A DNA stretch of 64,000 nt from Epithemia pelagica. Its lineage: Eukaryota > Protista > Bacillariophyta. How positions within the stretch are numbered: the stretch's first letter is position 1; every line of letters begins with the position of its first letter. The stretch spans positions 2,108,001-2,172,000 of the forward strand of contig OX337237.1 of NCBI GenBank assembly GCA_946965045.2, written 5' to 3'. This document shows, in pieces, positions 23,064-33,787 of this stretch. The notes beneath the pieces were generated by a model. The model was not told the origin of the DNA, searched no databases, and saw nothing but the letters and a program-made list of their open reading frames with translations. The position numbers and the translations under genes are program-made.

Positions 23064-26000
23064 ATGACAACAGAGACCTCTTTGCTGGGAAGCCCTTCCT
23101 ATGATGAAACACAATCGGACCAAACAGAAAACGTCAACTGGTATTCAAAAGCAGCAATAATCTGGGACCCATCTTCTGTAAAAAATGATATTGATTACTG
23201 GGATTCAGGTGACATCGAGAAATGGATCGAGGAGTATCCTTCAGACGGTATTGAAAGCAACAAAGAAGAAGTACTACTGCGAGGAATATCTTATGACATG
23301 TTGCATAGCATCGTAACAGTGTTGTCAAGCAAGCTCTTGAAGGAAATTGAAGTAAAACAACAATCCAATGAGCCCCGATCCATCCATTCTTCTTCAATGG
23401 TAGCGAATAAGCCATGCCTGGTCGTTGCAGTGGCGATTCCTGAAGGTTTCTACCTTCCCATTGCCATCTCCACAGTGTACGCCATGAACAAATATTATAA
23501 GGGAGGCCTTGGGTTCTCCGTCGCTCTTCTTCCACTGGATCCAACCGAAGGCGTTGATCGGGTCCATCATATTCTGCAAGATGCCCAACCGTACATGATT
23601 CTCACGGCGAGCGCCATGGATATAGTGCGATTGGAGAAAATAATCGTGGATATCTCGGCGAAAAACCCTGGTCCATCTGAATCAAAATCTTTAATCTCCC
23701 CACTGATGATCGATATTCCAGGCTGTGTTCATAGCATTGTGAAAGACACGCAGAGTCCAAGAAACAAACAGAAGAGGGAGTGTCTATTTGGTTTTCTTGA
23801 CCAACTTAAAACGGACGACTCAGAGAAAAACCAGAACTGTGAGCAAGCCCTATCTCACATCGTATATACTTCGGGAACAACAGGTATGCCAAAAGGCTGC
23901 GTATCATCCATGCGCTCGCTGGAGCACTATATCGAAATGAAAAACAGAGTGCATGGAATATCAAGTTCGTCCACGGTCCTTCTTGCATCGTCGATTTCAT
24001 TTGATCCATGTCTGTCGGACGTACTCGCAACTTTTGCTGCTTTCGCGACGCTGGGACTGACGCCCAGACAGGTTCTAAAATCTTCTTTGCATGCTTCATT
24101 GCGACGATTGGAGATCTCGCACATTCTTTGTACACCAACGCTTTGGAGCTCTCTCATGGCATCTGGAGCCGAACCCATTCATTTTCCTTGTTTAAAGGTC
24201 GTGGCCCTTGGTGGAGAACCCATTCCACCGCGAATCCGGAGAATTTGGGCGCGAAAACATAAGAAGACGACCTCAGAAGAATGTTATGGAGCCATGTTGC
24301 TTGCAACCTATGGCGTGACTGAAGCGTGCGTCTACCAAACAGCAGGTGAAATATGCTATACTGATGGAGATGGATCAGCTCAACCCCGGGGACAAGATGT
24401 TGGTCGTCCATTTCCTGGGATGGGTATTCGTGTGTGCAGTGAATCTGAAGATCCAAAGAAGCTTTTGGATCTGGATCAAGCAGTCGATGGTCCCGAAAGT
24501 GCTGGAGAGGTAATACTTTATGGAAGGCAGGTAGACAGCTTGTCGTCGTACTTGAATCAGGACAGTCTTTCACGGCAAAAATTCCTAGAACATGATGGCA
24601 CTTTCTTTCATCGGACCGGTGATCGTGGGATTGTAGATCGCAGAACCGGGAATCTTCATATTTTAGGAAGAATAGAAGGGGAAACAGGAATGGTCAAGTT
24701 CAATGGAGTGCGCCTGGAACTTGGAGAGATTGAAAATGCCTTGGTCGACAGCTTGGACAAAGGCGTCGTGGTTGACAGCATCGCAGGGGTCGAAAGGGAC
24801 CGATGCGAATCTGATCCCAAACTTGTGGCCTATGTCGTGTTAAGTCGCGACTGTTTGGAAGAACTGAAGCTCGTGGACTCAGTTCCAGTGAATGGTGCGA
24901 TCTGCATGGGTCCATTGTTGACGCTTCTTCGAGAACGGTGTCGACGCAAATGCCGCGTAGTTCCGAACATGTTCATTGTTGTTCCCCGCATTCCGCTTTC
25001 TCCAACCGGAAAACGCGATCGAAACAGTGCTCCCCTCACATCGAAGGCGGTACCCTCAGCGTCATTGACGGAGCAGGTGTTTTCCTCTTCCTCAACACAG
25101 CTACTCAAAGACTACAGCAGATTGGGTGCCTTCTTGGCGGAGCAACTTGTGGACTGTCTGAATCTTCATGCAAGCCAACAAGGAGCTCTTTTGACCACAA
25201 AAGCGACGTTTGACATGTTAGGAGGTGATTCGCTGGCGGCTACTCGAGTTGTACGAGCGCTCTATTCCCACTTTCATGGAGTAGCCAACTCTCGGTTGTT
25301 GGGAGGTGCTCATGGGATTCTCGATGATGACCGTTTTTCGCCTGTTCATTTGATCCAAGCTCCTAGCTTAGGAGACTATGCTGATTTTCTTGATCGTGAA
25401 ACTGGTGGCGCAGTTAAGGGAGGAACCACTGCAGAAATTCTCAAGCATAGATGTTCCAGTGGTAGGGATGAAAGTGGAATCGTATCCGCATCCGATAGTG
25501 GCGAAGTCTCAAAAGACAACGGTATTGCCGACAATATCCTTAATGAAGCTCTTTTGGAAGTATGCACTCGAGGACACGCCATTCTTGCGCTGGCTTTGCT
25601 CGAGGTGGGTGCGGATCCCAATTTTAATGCTGCTGACACACGGAATCATCGGTTAGGCAAAGTTGGTAGCAGGAACGAACGTAAGCAGGTTTTCGCATCA
25701 ACTCCGCTTCACCACGCTTGCCTTCGGGGGAATCCTATCTTGGTGCAAGCTCTTCTGGACAAAGGTGCAAAAACTACAGTACCGGATGCGTCGGGTACGT
25801 TTCCCGTTCACCTGGCGGCTGGTGGTCGTAGAGGTGAGACTAGCGCATCTGGACATTGTTACTGGGCGTGTGTGAGCCTCCTACTGGACCAAGCGCGCCT
25901 TCCATTGACGATGAAAGATGGAAATGGCCAGACTATCTTCCACTGTGCGGCCCGCTCTGGACAAGATGTTGTGTTAGAGAAACTGTTGGAACGACTGAAT

Positions 26001-26342
26001 GAGCAAGATGACACAAAAGACGAACCCAAGTTGCTCTCCTCTTCCAAACATAGCCTGTCGCCTTTGAACTGGCGCGATCGATGGTCGCGAACCGCCGTGC
26101 ATTGGGCTGTCATCAATGGTCACTTGAGCACCCTTCAGATCTTGCTCAGCGCTGGCTGCCATGCTGATCCAGTGCTTCCGCACCGAAACAAAAGCACAAG
26201 CGCAGCACTAGAGCGTCCATTGGATCTCTGTGATCGTGTATATATGTCTGCTAGTGGCGGATCAGCTTGCAGTTCGAAGCGCACAGACTTGGGAATGGCC
26301 ATGAAAAAGTTATTGGAGGAATCCATGGCTAAACGAAGCTAA
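23064..26342 (+). CDS. Single-module NRPS-like protein: adenylation - thiolation (PCP) - ankyrin repeats
   Basis: A-domain cores YTSGTTGMPKG, SFDP, GGE, YGVTE, RTGD, KFNGVRLELGEIE and LSPTGKRDR. PCP motif FDMLGGDSL (Ser codon 25230). Ankyrin repeats TPLHHAC, FPVHLAA, TIFHCAA and TAVHWAV. Confidence 0.9.
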   Translation: MTTETSLLGSPSYDETQSDQTENVNWYSKAAIIWDPSSVKNDIDYWDSGDIEKWIEEYPSDGIESNKEEVLLRGISYDMLHSIVTVLSSKLLKEIEVKQQSNEPRSIHSSSMVANKPCLVVAVAIPEGFYLPIAISTVYAMNKYYKGGLGFSVALLPLDPTEGVDRVHHILQDAQPYMILTASAMDIVRLEKIIVDISAKNPGPSESKSLISPLMIDIPGCVHSIVKDTQSPRNKQKRECLFGFLDQLKTDDSEKNQNCEQALSHIVYTSGTTGMPKGCVSSMRSLEHYIEMKNRVHGISSSSTVLLASSISFDPCLSDVLATFAAFATLGLTPRQVLKSSLHASLRRLEISHILCTPTLWSSLMASGAEPIHFPCLKVVALGGEPIPPRIRRIWARKHKKTTSEECYGAMLLATYGVTEACVYQTAGEICYTDGDGSAQPRGQDVGRPFPGMGIRVCSESEDPKKLLDLDQAVDGPESAGEVILYGRQVDSLSSYLNQDSLSRQKFLEHDGTFFHRTGDRGIVDRRTGNLHILGRIEGETGMVKFNGVRLELGEIENALVDSLDKGVVVDSIAGVERDRCESDPKLVAYVVLSRDCLEELKLVDSVPVNGAICMGPLLTLLRERCRRKCRVVPNMFIVVPRIPLSPTGKRDRNSAPLTSKAVPSASLTEQVFSSSSTQLLKDYSRLGAFLAEQLVDCLNLHASQQGALLTTKATFDMLGGDSLAATRVVRALYSHFHGVANSRLLGGAHGILDDDRFSPVHLIQAPSLGDYADFLDRETGGAVKGGTTAEILKHRCSSGRDESGIVSASDSGEVSKDNGIADNILNEALLEVCTRGHAILALALLEVGADPNFNAADTRNHRLGKVGSRNERKQVFASTPLHHACLRGNPILVQALLDKGAKTTVPDASGTFPVHLAAGGRRGETSASGHCYWACVSLLLDQARLPLTMKDGNGQTIFHCAARSGQDVVLEKLLERLNEQDDTKDEPKLLSSSKHSLSPLNWRDRWSRTAVHWAVINGHLSTLQILLSAGCHADPVLPHRNKSTSAALERPLDLCDRVYMSASGGSACSSKRTDLGMAMKKLLEESMAKRS

Positions 26343-26562
26343 TGTCAAAGAGTTTTATGCGAATTCCATGAGACAAGTTGAAAGGATGCTCCGGCACTCG
26401 ACACCAATCCGACACAAAATACCTGTATTCGAAATGAAAGTTTTATGACGCAACGACTCATTTCTTCCGTCTGCTGATCTCATGACTAAGAAATGGTACA
26501 GTGATATGGCTTTACGAAATGGCAAGTCGGACAATGGATTTAGCTGTCTTACAATGGTGAAA

Positions 26563-27513
26563 TCATGATGCGGCCCTAGTGCGTTCAAGATAATGACGTT
26601 CGGCCTCTTCCATAATCGCCTGTGCTTCGTCACGCTCGATTTCTTCTTGCTTGAGTACATTTCGCAGCCGACCCCGTTCCGCCAGAGCTTCTCGCACGCG
26701 GTTGGCCAAGTTGGGAATCGTTTCTTGAATTAGCCGAGTTGTGGCCTGCCGGGTGGTTTTCTCCAAAAGTTCCAGACGGCGCAACTCGGCTTGTGCTTCG
26801 GGTTCTGAGTGGGATAACATCCGTTTGAGTTGTTCGTCCAGCCAGTCCAACCGAGACTGCCTTTGTTGACTGGCGGTTTCTTTTGCTCGAATACGGAGTT
26901 CCATTGCCTCAACATAGATACGTCGTTTGATGGCATGGTCAAGAAAACTTACTTGCTGGTCGTTTTCGAGTCTCGTAGTGGCCAAAGAAGAATCATTTGG
27001 AGAAGAGGATACTTCAGGCATGTCCGCCTTTGTTTTGTTTGTTCCTTGAACGATAGCTTCCTCTTGGTACCGCTGCTCTTCTTTGATATCTTGTTCGCAT
27101 TGGGCAATGACTTTCCGAAGCTTGATAGAGCGTTGTTCTTGTTCATGTATCTTCCTTTTCATTTTGTGATACTCCTGTATATTCGTATAGCGCTCCAGCT
27201 GTTGTTGGGCAAAGGCGGCCTGGGTGTTGGCATGTTCTCGTTTCTTTGCCTCTAGTTTCGCCTCCATCGATCCTACCTTTTCCCGGATCTCAACAACGGA
27301 TGAGCGCTCATTCACCAGCTGTTGAGCACGCTCTTGCATCCTCGTCAAGGTCGTCTGTTGCCATTCCGAAAGTGAGGAAGATGACGACAACGCCAATCCT
27401 GAACGAGCTTTTGCCGTCGCACCGTTGCCAGAAGACGATGGCAACATCGAAGGGCGCGTGGATTTTCCATCGTCCCCTTGGGAACCTTGGGATAAGATGC
27501 TGAGACTATTCAT
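26563..27513 (-). CDS. Hypothetical coiled-coil protein
   Basis: 316-aa E/Q/R/K-rich heptad-like ORF. Confidence 0.7.
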   Translation of the reverse strand: MNSLSILSQGSQGDDGKSTRPSMLPSSSGNGATAKARSGLALSSSSSLSEWQQTTLTRMQERAQQLVNERSSVVEIREKVGSMEAKLEAKKREHANTQAAFAQQQLERYTNIQEYHKMKRKIHEQEQRSIKLRKVIAQCEQDIKEEQRYQEEAIVQGTNKTKADMPEVSSSPNDSSLATTRLENDQQVSFLDHAIKRRIYVEAMELRIRAKETASQQRQSRLDWLDEQLKRMLSHSEPEAQAELRRLELLEKTTRQATTRLIQETIPNLANRVREALAERGRLRNVLKQEEIERDEAQAIMEEAERHYLERTRAAS

Positions 27514-27952
27514 GTGATTGATTCCTCTCTCTTCCTTCGGATCAACAAGACTGGGAAATGTAGCGACCGTGACAGATGAATGCTCAAAACTCCATGTATC
27601 AAAGACACGACTTTATTACAGTGGGTGACTGCGCAGCACAACAAAAGTTTCTACACGATAAGATATCACCGTTGAAAACAAATGCTCAATCAGATCGTCA
27701 TCGATAAGGCTTCAGCCGTCTTGAGAATTGGGTCCGGCGGGATCACAATCTCTGCGCGCCAGCCTGTGCCTACCAGTCATCCTCTCCGCCTGAATGATTT
27801 CGCGTTTCGCGATTCGCGTAGGTCGGAAGCAAGTAGCAATAAGATCTAAGATCGTTCTTCCCATTTCCAATTCCGATCCCAAACATCAGACAAGAACATG
27901 AATATAGCTCCAAATACGAGTGGAATTTGCAAACAGTGTCAAACTTGTTTCC

Positions 27953-29149
27953 CTAGCTTGCTTCTCTTCGTAGGAACCTCCACGTAACTTTTGCTTTTTC
28001 CCTAGATTCATCTCTTGGATGAAAAGTGGATTCACAAACGAGCACAGTCCTCGCATCGCCACTTTCTCCATCATTCTCTTCGCTAATGTATCGTCTGCTT
28101 TCAAAGCTCCCACCGCCGTACTTTTGCACTCCATGTAACCAGGACCGGTGGACCCGACCCTGGTCCTCCCACCAAGCTTCACAAGTCACAAGCTCACCGT
28201 CTGCAGTGAAAATTTCTGCTTTCTTTGGCGTCTTTGGTGCAGAACTAGAGTTGGCTTCTGCTTCTTGACATGCATTGCTAGCGGAATCGAAAATGGTTGT
28301 GGTCAATGTTCGCTCCCACACTCCACGAATATTTTCGCCCCGAATGAACAAAGTGGCACCATGGTCGCTTTGGACCATGGTCTCTGTAGTCATACCAGCA
28401 ATTGACAAAGCAACAGTCCGAACAATCTTGGGCTGTCCAAGAAGCTGCAGGTACTGATCGTATTCCTTTTTGAATGATTCTGTAACGATAAGATCCCAGT
28501 CCCCCGATAAATCCACGCCCTCTGCGGCTGTGGCAGAATAGGAAAGCCATTCTGTTGAGATGTCGGAATGCTGTGTTGTCGAGTGGTTTGCATCTTGTTC
28601 ATTCGTTGCGACCGATCGCGAGTCAGTCATGTTCGCGTCCGATAGGGATATCTCGAAATCCAGTTCTATGCCTGTCGAAACGTCCTCAGGTTCTGTGTCT
28701 TTTCTCGATTTCACCCAACGATACAACCAACGAAATGGAAGGCTTACCACTTGCCATAGCCTTCGGCGTATGGATATTCTTTCCATGTTGCTTTGATCAA
28801 AATCATGTTCCTTGGAGACTGACAATAGTGCCGTTCTGTGCGTGTTGACTTGAGCGAACAGGGTCGAGATGGTTACTGAGTGTGCCTGTTGCCTACGTGA
28901 TGAGAATGAATGATCCAGCGTCGACGAAAGATCCTCCGAGTTGTGGGTCTGACTAGGCGGCTGGCCATGGTGGTTCGGTCGGAATTGATGCCGAGAAAGC
29001 TCCTGATGACGCGACCTGAAACTCGTGAATATGCTGGTCTTCCAAGATGACTTTTCAGATCTTGTAAACGTTACATAATTTAGTGAGAAGCTTTGAGAGC
29101 GCTCGAAGTAAAGCAGTAACGAGAGAATGAACCAGATTATATCCGCCAT
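27953..29149 (-). CDS. Predicted plastid-targeted protein with C-terminal FABP/calycin-like domain
   Basis: Signal peptide ending SQS-F. DLSGDWDLIVTESFKKEYDQYLQLLGQPKIVR resembles the FABP N-terminal GxW...F..YL..LG motif. Confidence 0.6.
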   Translation of the reverse strand: MADIIWFILSLLLYFERSQSFSLNYVTFTRSEKSSWKTSIFTSFRSRHQELSRHQFRPNHHGQPPSQTHNSEDLSSTLDHSFSSRRQQAHSVTISTLFAQVNTHRTALLSVSKEHDFDQSNMERISIRRRLWQVVSLPFRWLYRWVKSRKDTEPEDVSTGIELDFEISLSDANMTDSRSVATNEQDANHSTTQHSDISTEWLSYSATAAEGVDLSGDWDLIVTESFKKEYDQYLQLLGQPKIVRTVALSIAGMTTETMVQSDHGATLFIRGENIRGVWERTLTTTIFDSASNACQEAEANSSSAPKTPKKAEIFTADGELVTCEAWWEDQGRVHRSWLHGVQKYGGGSFESRRYISEENDGESGDARTVLVCESTFHPRDESREKAKVTWRFLRREAS

Positions 29150-29499
29150 GTTGGCATCAAGGATTTTGCAGTGTTGGCCATTGTCATCGGCATATGGTGG
29201 GGCGGATATAACGTAGACGACCCCACAATGCAGACACACTTTTGATACTCCATCTACTGGTAGACTACACCTTACTGCTCCTATTGTAATCCTCTAGGAG
29301 TACCTTATTCAGAGTTGAGGGGCACGATAACCATACGGAGTCCGTATGGAACCCCTAAAAGAAAAAAGATGTGATAGTCGTTCACTAGCATATTCGTACT
29401 TCCCTGAGTGGTATCTGATTTCTCCAATCATGCATAGTTGGCAGCATTTACTACTTTGTCGTCTCGTTTCCTGATCCCGAGAGTAACACTTTGAATTTG

Positions 29500-30207
29500 C
29501 TAGTTTTTCCCACTGGAATCGCCCTTGCTTTCAGGTGTATCTTCATCCATGCTGATGTCCATAGAAGCAGCCACAGATGCAGCGATTCCTTCTTCAAGTT
29601 CGATGCTCCCGTCCGACTCGAACTCACCATCTGTTCCGATGTGGATTGGCCAGTATGAAACAGTGTCATCGGCCTTTTGAACCGCCGCTCGCCAACCGTT
29701 CATGATTTCCTCGTGTGTTTTGACGGCCCGTTTTCTTGTCGGACCAGACAAATTCTTCAGTATGAACAAGGGAGCATAATAGAGGATCAATAAGGGTTGG
29801 AAGAAGTATCGCACGGCAGGTGGGAAGATCGAAAGGGTGTACTTTGTCAGCTGTCGAATCCAGGCGCCCGTGGCAGTGAATGTTGCCACATACAGAGCAG
29901 CGACGAAGGCGCGACATGATGCTCGAAATGCTGTCATGGAAAAACCGGTCAACTTGCGTAATCGAGATCGAATCGTTACTTTGGGGTTGTCATCTGAAGC
30001 ATGAGAAGAATCAACCGACGCCGAGAGCTTCTGAGCGGTGTTCATGGGGGAAGATGCAAACGAGGTCCCTCTCCAACATTGGCGGACGGTGGTGACAGGT
30101 TGCACCATCAAGGACATGGTCGGAAGAGGAAGGACAATTATTGTTGACACTGTCAGTAGAAGCCATATCGCTACCGAGCATGTCCACTGGATCGATGTTG
30201 CCTTCAT
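29500..30207 (-). CDS. Hypothetical protein with signal peptide and internal hydrophobic segments
   Basis: Open ORF with hydrophobic N-terminus (MKATSIQW...) and two amphipathic or transmembrane segments. Confidence 0.65.
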   Translation of the reverse strand: MKATSIQWTCSVAIWLLLTVSTIIVLPLPTMSLMVQPVTTVRQCWRGTSFASSPMNTAQKLSASVDSSHASDDNPKVTIRSRLRKLTGFSMTAFRASCRAFVAALYVATFTATGAWIRQLTKYTLSIFPPAVRYFFQPLLILYYAPLFILKNLSGPTRKRAVKTHEEIMNGWRAAVQKADDTVSYWPIHIGTDGEFESDGSIELEEGIAASVAASMDISMDEDTPESKGDSSGKN

Positions 30208-30825
30208 TGTTTCCAGTCGACTTGGACACCGACCGCTTCCGTCTAATGTGCCTGCCGTTGGGGTTCGGAGAGATGAAGTCAATGACAGGGTTCAGGGTTC
30301 TGCTTTTCTACTCACTAGAGTAGAAAGAACCTCTACGCTAGACTTCAAGTACTTGTAGAAGGCAAGCCGTTGGTCAGATTGCGGTGACACGATGACATCT
30401 TGTTGACTCGACATGTTGTGTGGGAGTGACGGCATTCGTGACCCAGTTCATGTGTCTCAAATTTCCCCAGGGGCGATCGCATATTGTAAAAACCAGAAAG
30501 GGGGCAGACGTTAGAAGTGCCCCTCCTGTAACCGCAACCTGGATGTAGCCGTTATCAGATTGCTCTATTCGTACTGAAATCTTTACGCTGAACATCGCCC
30601 ACCATCTCATATAGTACTGTAGATATGCGTGATGTATCATGTTTTCGTTTCCCGCTTTTCTCGATATCTTGGATCGGATCTTTCGAATCTCAGCAATCTG
30701 CAATGCACGAAGGATGAAACAGCCTTCCAAATTCCACATCGGTGCAGATATTTGGATCCACCGCCAACATAGCTTATGCACCTGAAACGAAGTTGATTTA
30801 CGAGAGGACTTTCCAAAGCAATATC

Positions 30826-32338
30826 ATGTCGTCGGCTAAACCCCAAAGCTATGGTGCTGTTCCTACGACGGACGCTGGTTTGGACCGAGACCGTGCACCA
30901 GTCAAGAAGAAGAAATGCAACGATGTCTTTTTTGCGTTGCTCTTTCTAGCCCATATAGGGTATATTGGTTATGCGTGGGTAGCTTCCTCTTCTACCGGTG
31001 TTGAAGAAGGCAGTGGTGGTACAGATATGTTGCCTACGTCGGTGACGAACAAGTTCACAGAAAAAGGTGTGGTTAAGTTCGTTGCCGCCATCACCGGCGC
31101 GGCGTTGCTTTTGTCTTCTCTCGCCATTATCTTCATGACGACCTTTTCCGATGAACTTATCGAGGTAGCTTTGGCGGCACCTATTCTTGGGTTCCTGGCA
31201 GTCGGGGGCTATGGCATTTACATCAGCAAAGTGTGGATGATGGTGACAGGAGGTGTCGGATTCTTAGTCTTTGTGATTTTGGCCTGTATGGTCCGAAACA
31301 AGATTGATGTAAGTGCCTCGGGACACCTCATATGCATAATATCTATCACTTCTCTATTATATTTCTTACGGGAATGTCTGACACTGGTTCCAGTTTGCTG
31401 CCGCAAATCTTCGCACGGCTTTGACCGTGGTGCGTACCAACTTTGGTTTGATTGTCGTGTCTTTTCTTTTGGAAATCGTCGCGTTTGGATGGACCGTTCT
31501 CTGGTTTGGTGTTACTGGCTCGGCCATGAGCGACATGGGTTGGAAAATTGTGTTCTTGTATTTACTTTCATTCTTCTGGACGCACCAAGTCATTAATAAT
31601 TTGCAACATACCATTGTCGCAAGTGTGTTGGGAACCTGGTGGTACAACCCTGAAGACGCCAACTGGTGGTGGGATGATGGGTTGAATCGTGCCCTTTGTC
31701 ATTCAACGACGTATTCGTTCGGTAGCATATGCTTCGGATCGCTCCTTGCCAGTACCGTGCAAGCTCTTAAATGGGTTCACAGGCTGTTCAACCGCCAAAA
31801 CAATCGATGCGGCAAAGGCCTGGCGGCAATTATCAATTGCTTTCTTTCATGCTTGCAAGGAGTGGTAGAGTATTTCAACAAGTGGGCCTATGTCATGGTT
31901 GGACTTCACGGCGAGTCCTACATTGAGGCTGGTAAAGAAGTAATTAGCCTTTTCAAAGCTCGCAACTGGGAGGGCATTGTGGAAGATGGACTGGCCGACA
32001 TGGTGATGTTTTTTATGAAGTTTGCCATTGCCGTTGTGAGTGGTTTGTCTGGCTGGTGGCTAGTGAATCACGACAATGACATTTTCGTTGGCATTGGTAT
32101 CGATCCCGAAGATGACGACGCAGCCGGTTTTATGGCTGGCTTTCTCATTGGCTACGTTGTCGCTTCAATCATGATGGAGTTGGTTTCTTCAGCTGTCAAT
32201 GCCGTGATTGTGTGCTTCGCCTTATCTCCGGCGCCCTTTAAACAACATTACCCAGATCTGTGCAATGAGATGTTGGCGGGTTGGAAGAAAGCTTATCCTA
32301 GTGAATGCGAAGACGACTTCACCTCCATTGAACCTTAA
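30826..32338 (+). CDS. Choline transporter-like protein (CTL/SLC44/PNS1); intron 31309-31393
   Basis: CNDVFFALLF, FFWTHQVINN...VASVLGTWW, YSFGSICFGSLL and YFNKWAYVMVGLHGESYIEAGK. Splicing gives KIDFAAANL. Confidence 0.9.
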
Positions 32339-32434
32339 CCTATTGATTCGACGTATGTAATGCGATAGACTCATACAAGAAATTACGATACTAGAACTCT
32401 GGCAGCGACGACTTATAATGGAACTGGATTCGAA

Positions 32435-33787
32435 CTACATACTTGCCGAGTCCTCCATGAGTGAGTCAACCAATCTGGTTTGGAGTTCACGTTTACTTCC
32501 ACTTGTAGCACGAATGCCACGTGTCAAGAGCGCGTCCTTCAGTTCCTCGACCCGTAATTCCTCTACTCCTTGTTTGAGGGACACAGCAAGCAATGGATCC
32601 GTGCTCAACACTCGTTCGCGAGCCTCAGAGTCAGTATTTGCCAGAAGCACCATGTGATTCATCCGTATACTATCTGGACTCATAAAGAGATGTGAATCAA
32701 AGTCGTCATCATCATCGAACCAATTACGTCGGGCCATGTGTAGCATTGGTAATGTGTGGACGAGATCGGGTGCGTTACCTGCACTAGGGCATAATCTCAA
32801 GGCCATTTTCATACAGTTTTTGCTGTTCTCTATCTGTCCCATCGCGTCGTAGTGTAATCCCAAGTAGAACCAAGCATTGAGTTTCCACATCTTCTTATCT
32901 GGTCCTTGTTCTTTTGGGTTGTTGAATGCGCCACAAATGCATCTCAACTGGGCCCTTGAGACAATGACCTGGCAATGATCTTTACGTACAGACGCGTCAA
33001 ACAATTCTCTTGCTGTTCTCAGAACTTTACGGCGTTCTGACGAAAGCAATCGTGCAGTATCCTCACAGTTTTGGCTATCCTTGCTTATTTGTTTCAATTG
33101 AGCAGCAATTCCACCTGGTATTTGAGCCTCGATTCGTCTCAGTTCTTGTTTAGGGATAGAACTCTTCAGTTTGAGTTCACATGCATTTCTCCATATTCGT
33201 TCTTCGGTGGCGGGTTCTCCAAATCGACTTTCAAAGTGGTTGGCACTTTGCGCCAAAATGGAGGCCGCATCTTCCAGCTCGTTCAGATAATACTTTACAA
33301 TACCAGCCTGCCATAGATACGCGTTCGGTCGAAGTTGAAATACACGATCAAAGGCGGTCCAGGATTCTTCGAGATTAAGCATTTTCAAATGTTTCATGCC
33401 TTTTTCTGTTTTCCTGTAGATTTCTTGCTCAACATTGGTGGCCTGCCTCATCCATTCTTCTTCCGTTGCTGAAATATCAAGTGCATAGTCCGATTCCCCT
33501 GAAATTGCTGATGTCTTTCCAATTACAACATCACTTGCCCGATCCTGACGTCTCTGTTCCTCGTCTCGGCGCTCTCTCTCGGAGGCTGTCAAAGGGCGTC
33601 CTCCAGATCCAGCACCACCAGTATCATCGTAGAACAGGTGTGTCGTTGATCGACAGAAGGATTTCTCGTATGGATTCAACAAAAACTTGCCAGTAATTTC
33701 ACATCCGCTCTGCCTCCCATGATGAAGATGCAAGAAGCACGAAACAAGTGATAGCTGGAGGCAATATACAACAGACCGCAGCAGCAT
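32435..33787 (-). CDS. Predicted plastid-targeted NlpI-like TPR protein with C-terminal SAP domain
   Basis: Signal VSC-F. AYLWQAGIVKYY...ATEERIW and AWFYLGLHYDAMG are TPR-like. LRVEELKDALLTRGIRATSGSKRELQTRL is a SAP motif. Confidence 0.7.
   Translation of the reverse strand: MLLRSVVYCLQLSLVSCFLHLHHGRQSGCEITGKFLLNPYEKSFCRSTTHLFYDDTGGAGSGGRPLTASERERRDEEQRRQDRASDVVIGKTSAISGESDYALDISATEEEWMRQATNVEQEIYRKTEKGMKHLKMLNLEESWTAFDRVFQLRPNAYLWQAGIVKYYLNELEDAASILAQSANHFESRFGEPATEERIWRNACELKLKSSIPKQELRRIEAQIPGGIAAQLKQISKDSQNCEDTARLLSSERRKVLRTARELFDASVRKDHCQVIVSRAQLRCICGAFNNPKEQGPDKKMWKLNAWFYLGLHYDAMGQIENSKNCMKMALRLCPSAGNAPDLVHTLPMLHMARRNWFDDDDDFDSHLFMSPDSIRMNHMVLLANTDSEARERVLSTDPLLAVSLKQGVEELRVEELKDALLTRGIRATSGSKRELQTRLVDSLMEDSASM

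Noticed and set aside
22795-23112. Overlapping N-termini of the SET and NRPS-like ORFs
   Set aside because: The overlap arises only from upstream or non-ATG starts in the ORF track. Plausible ATGs at 22794 and 23064 do not overlap.
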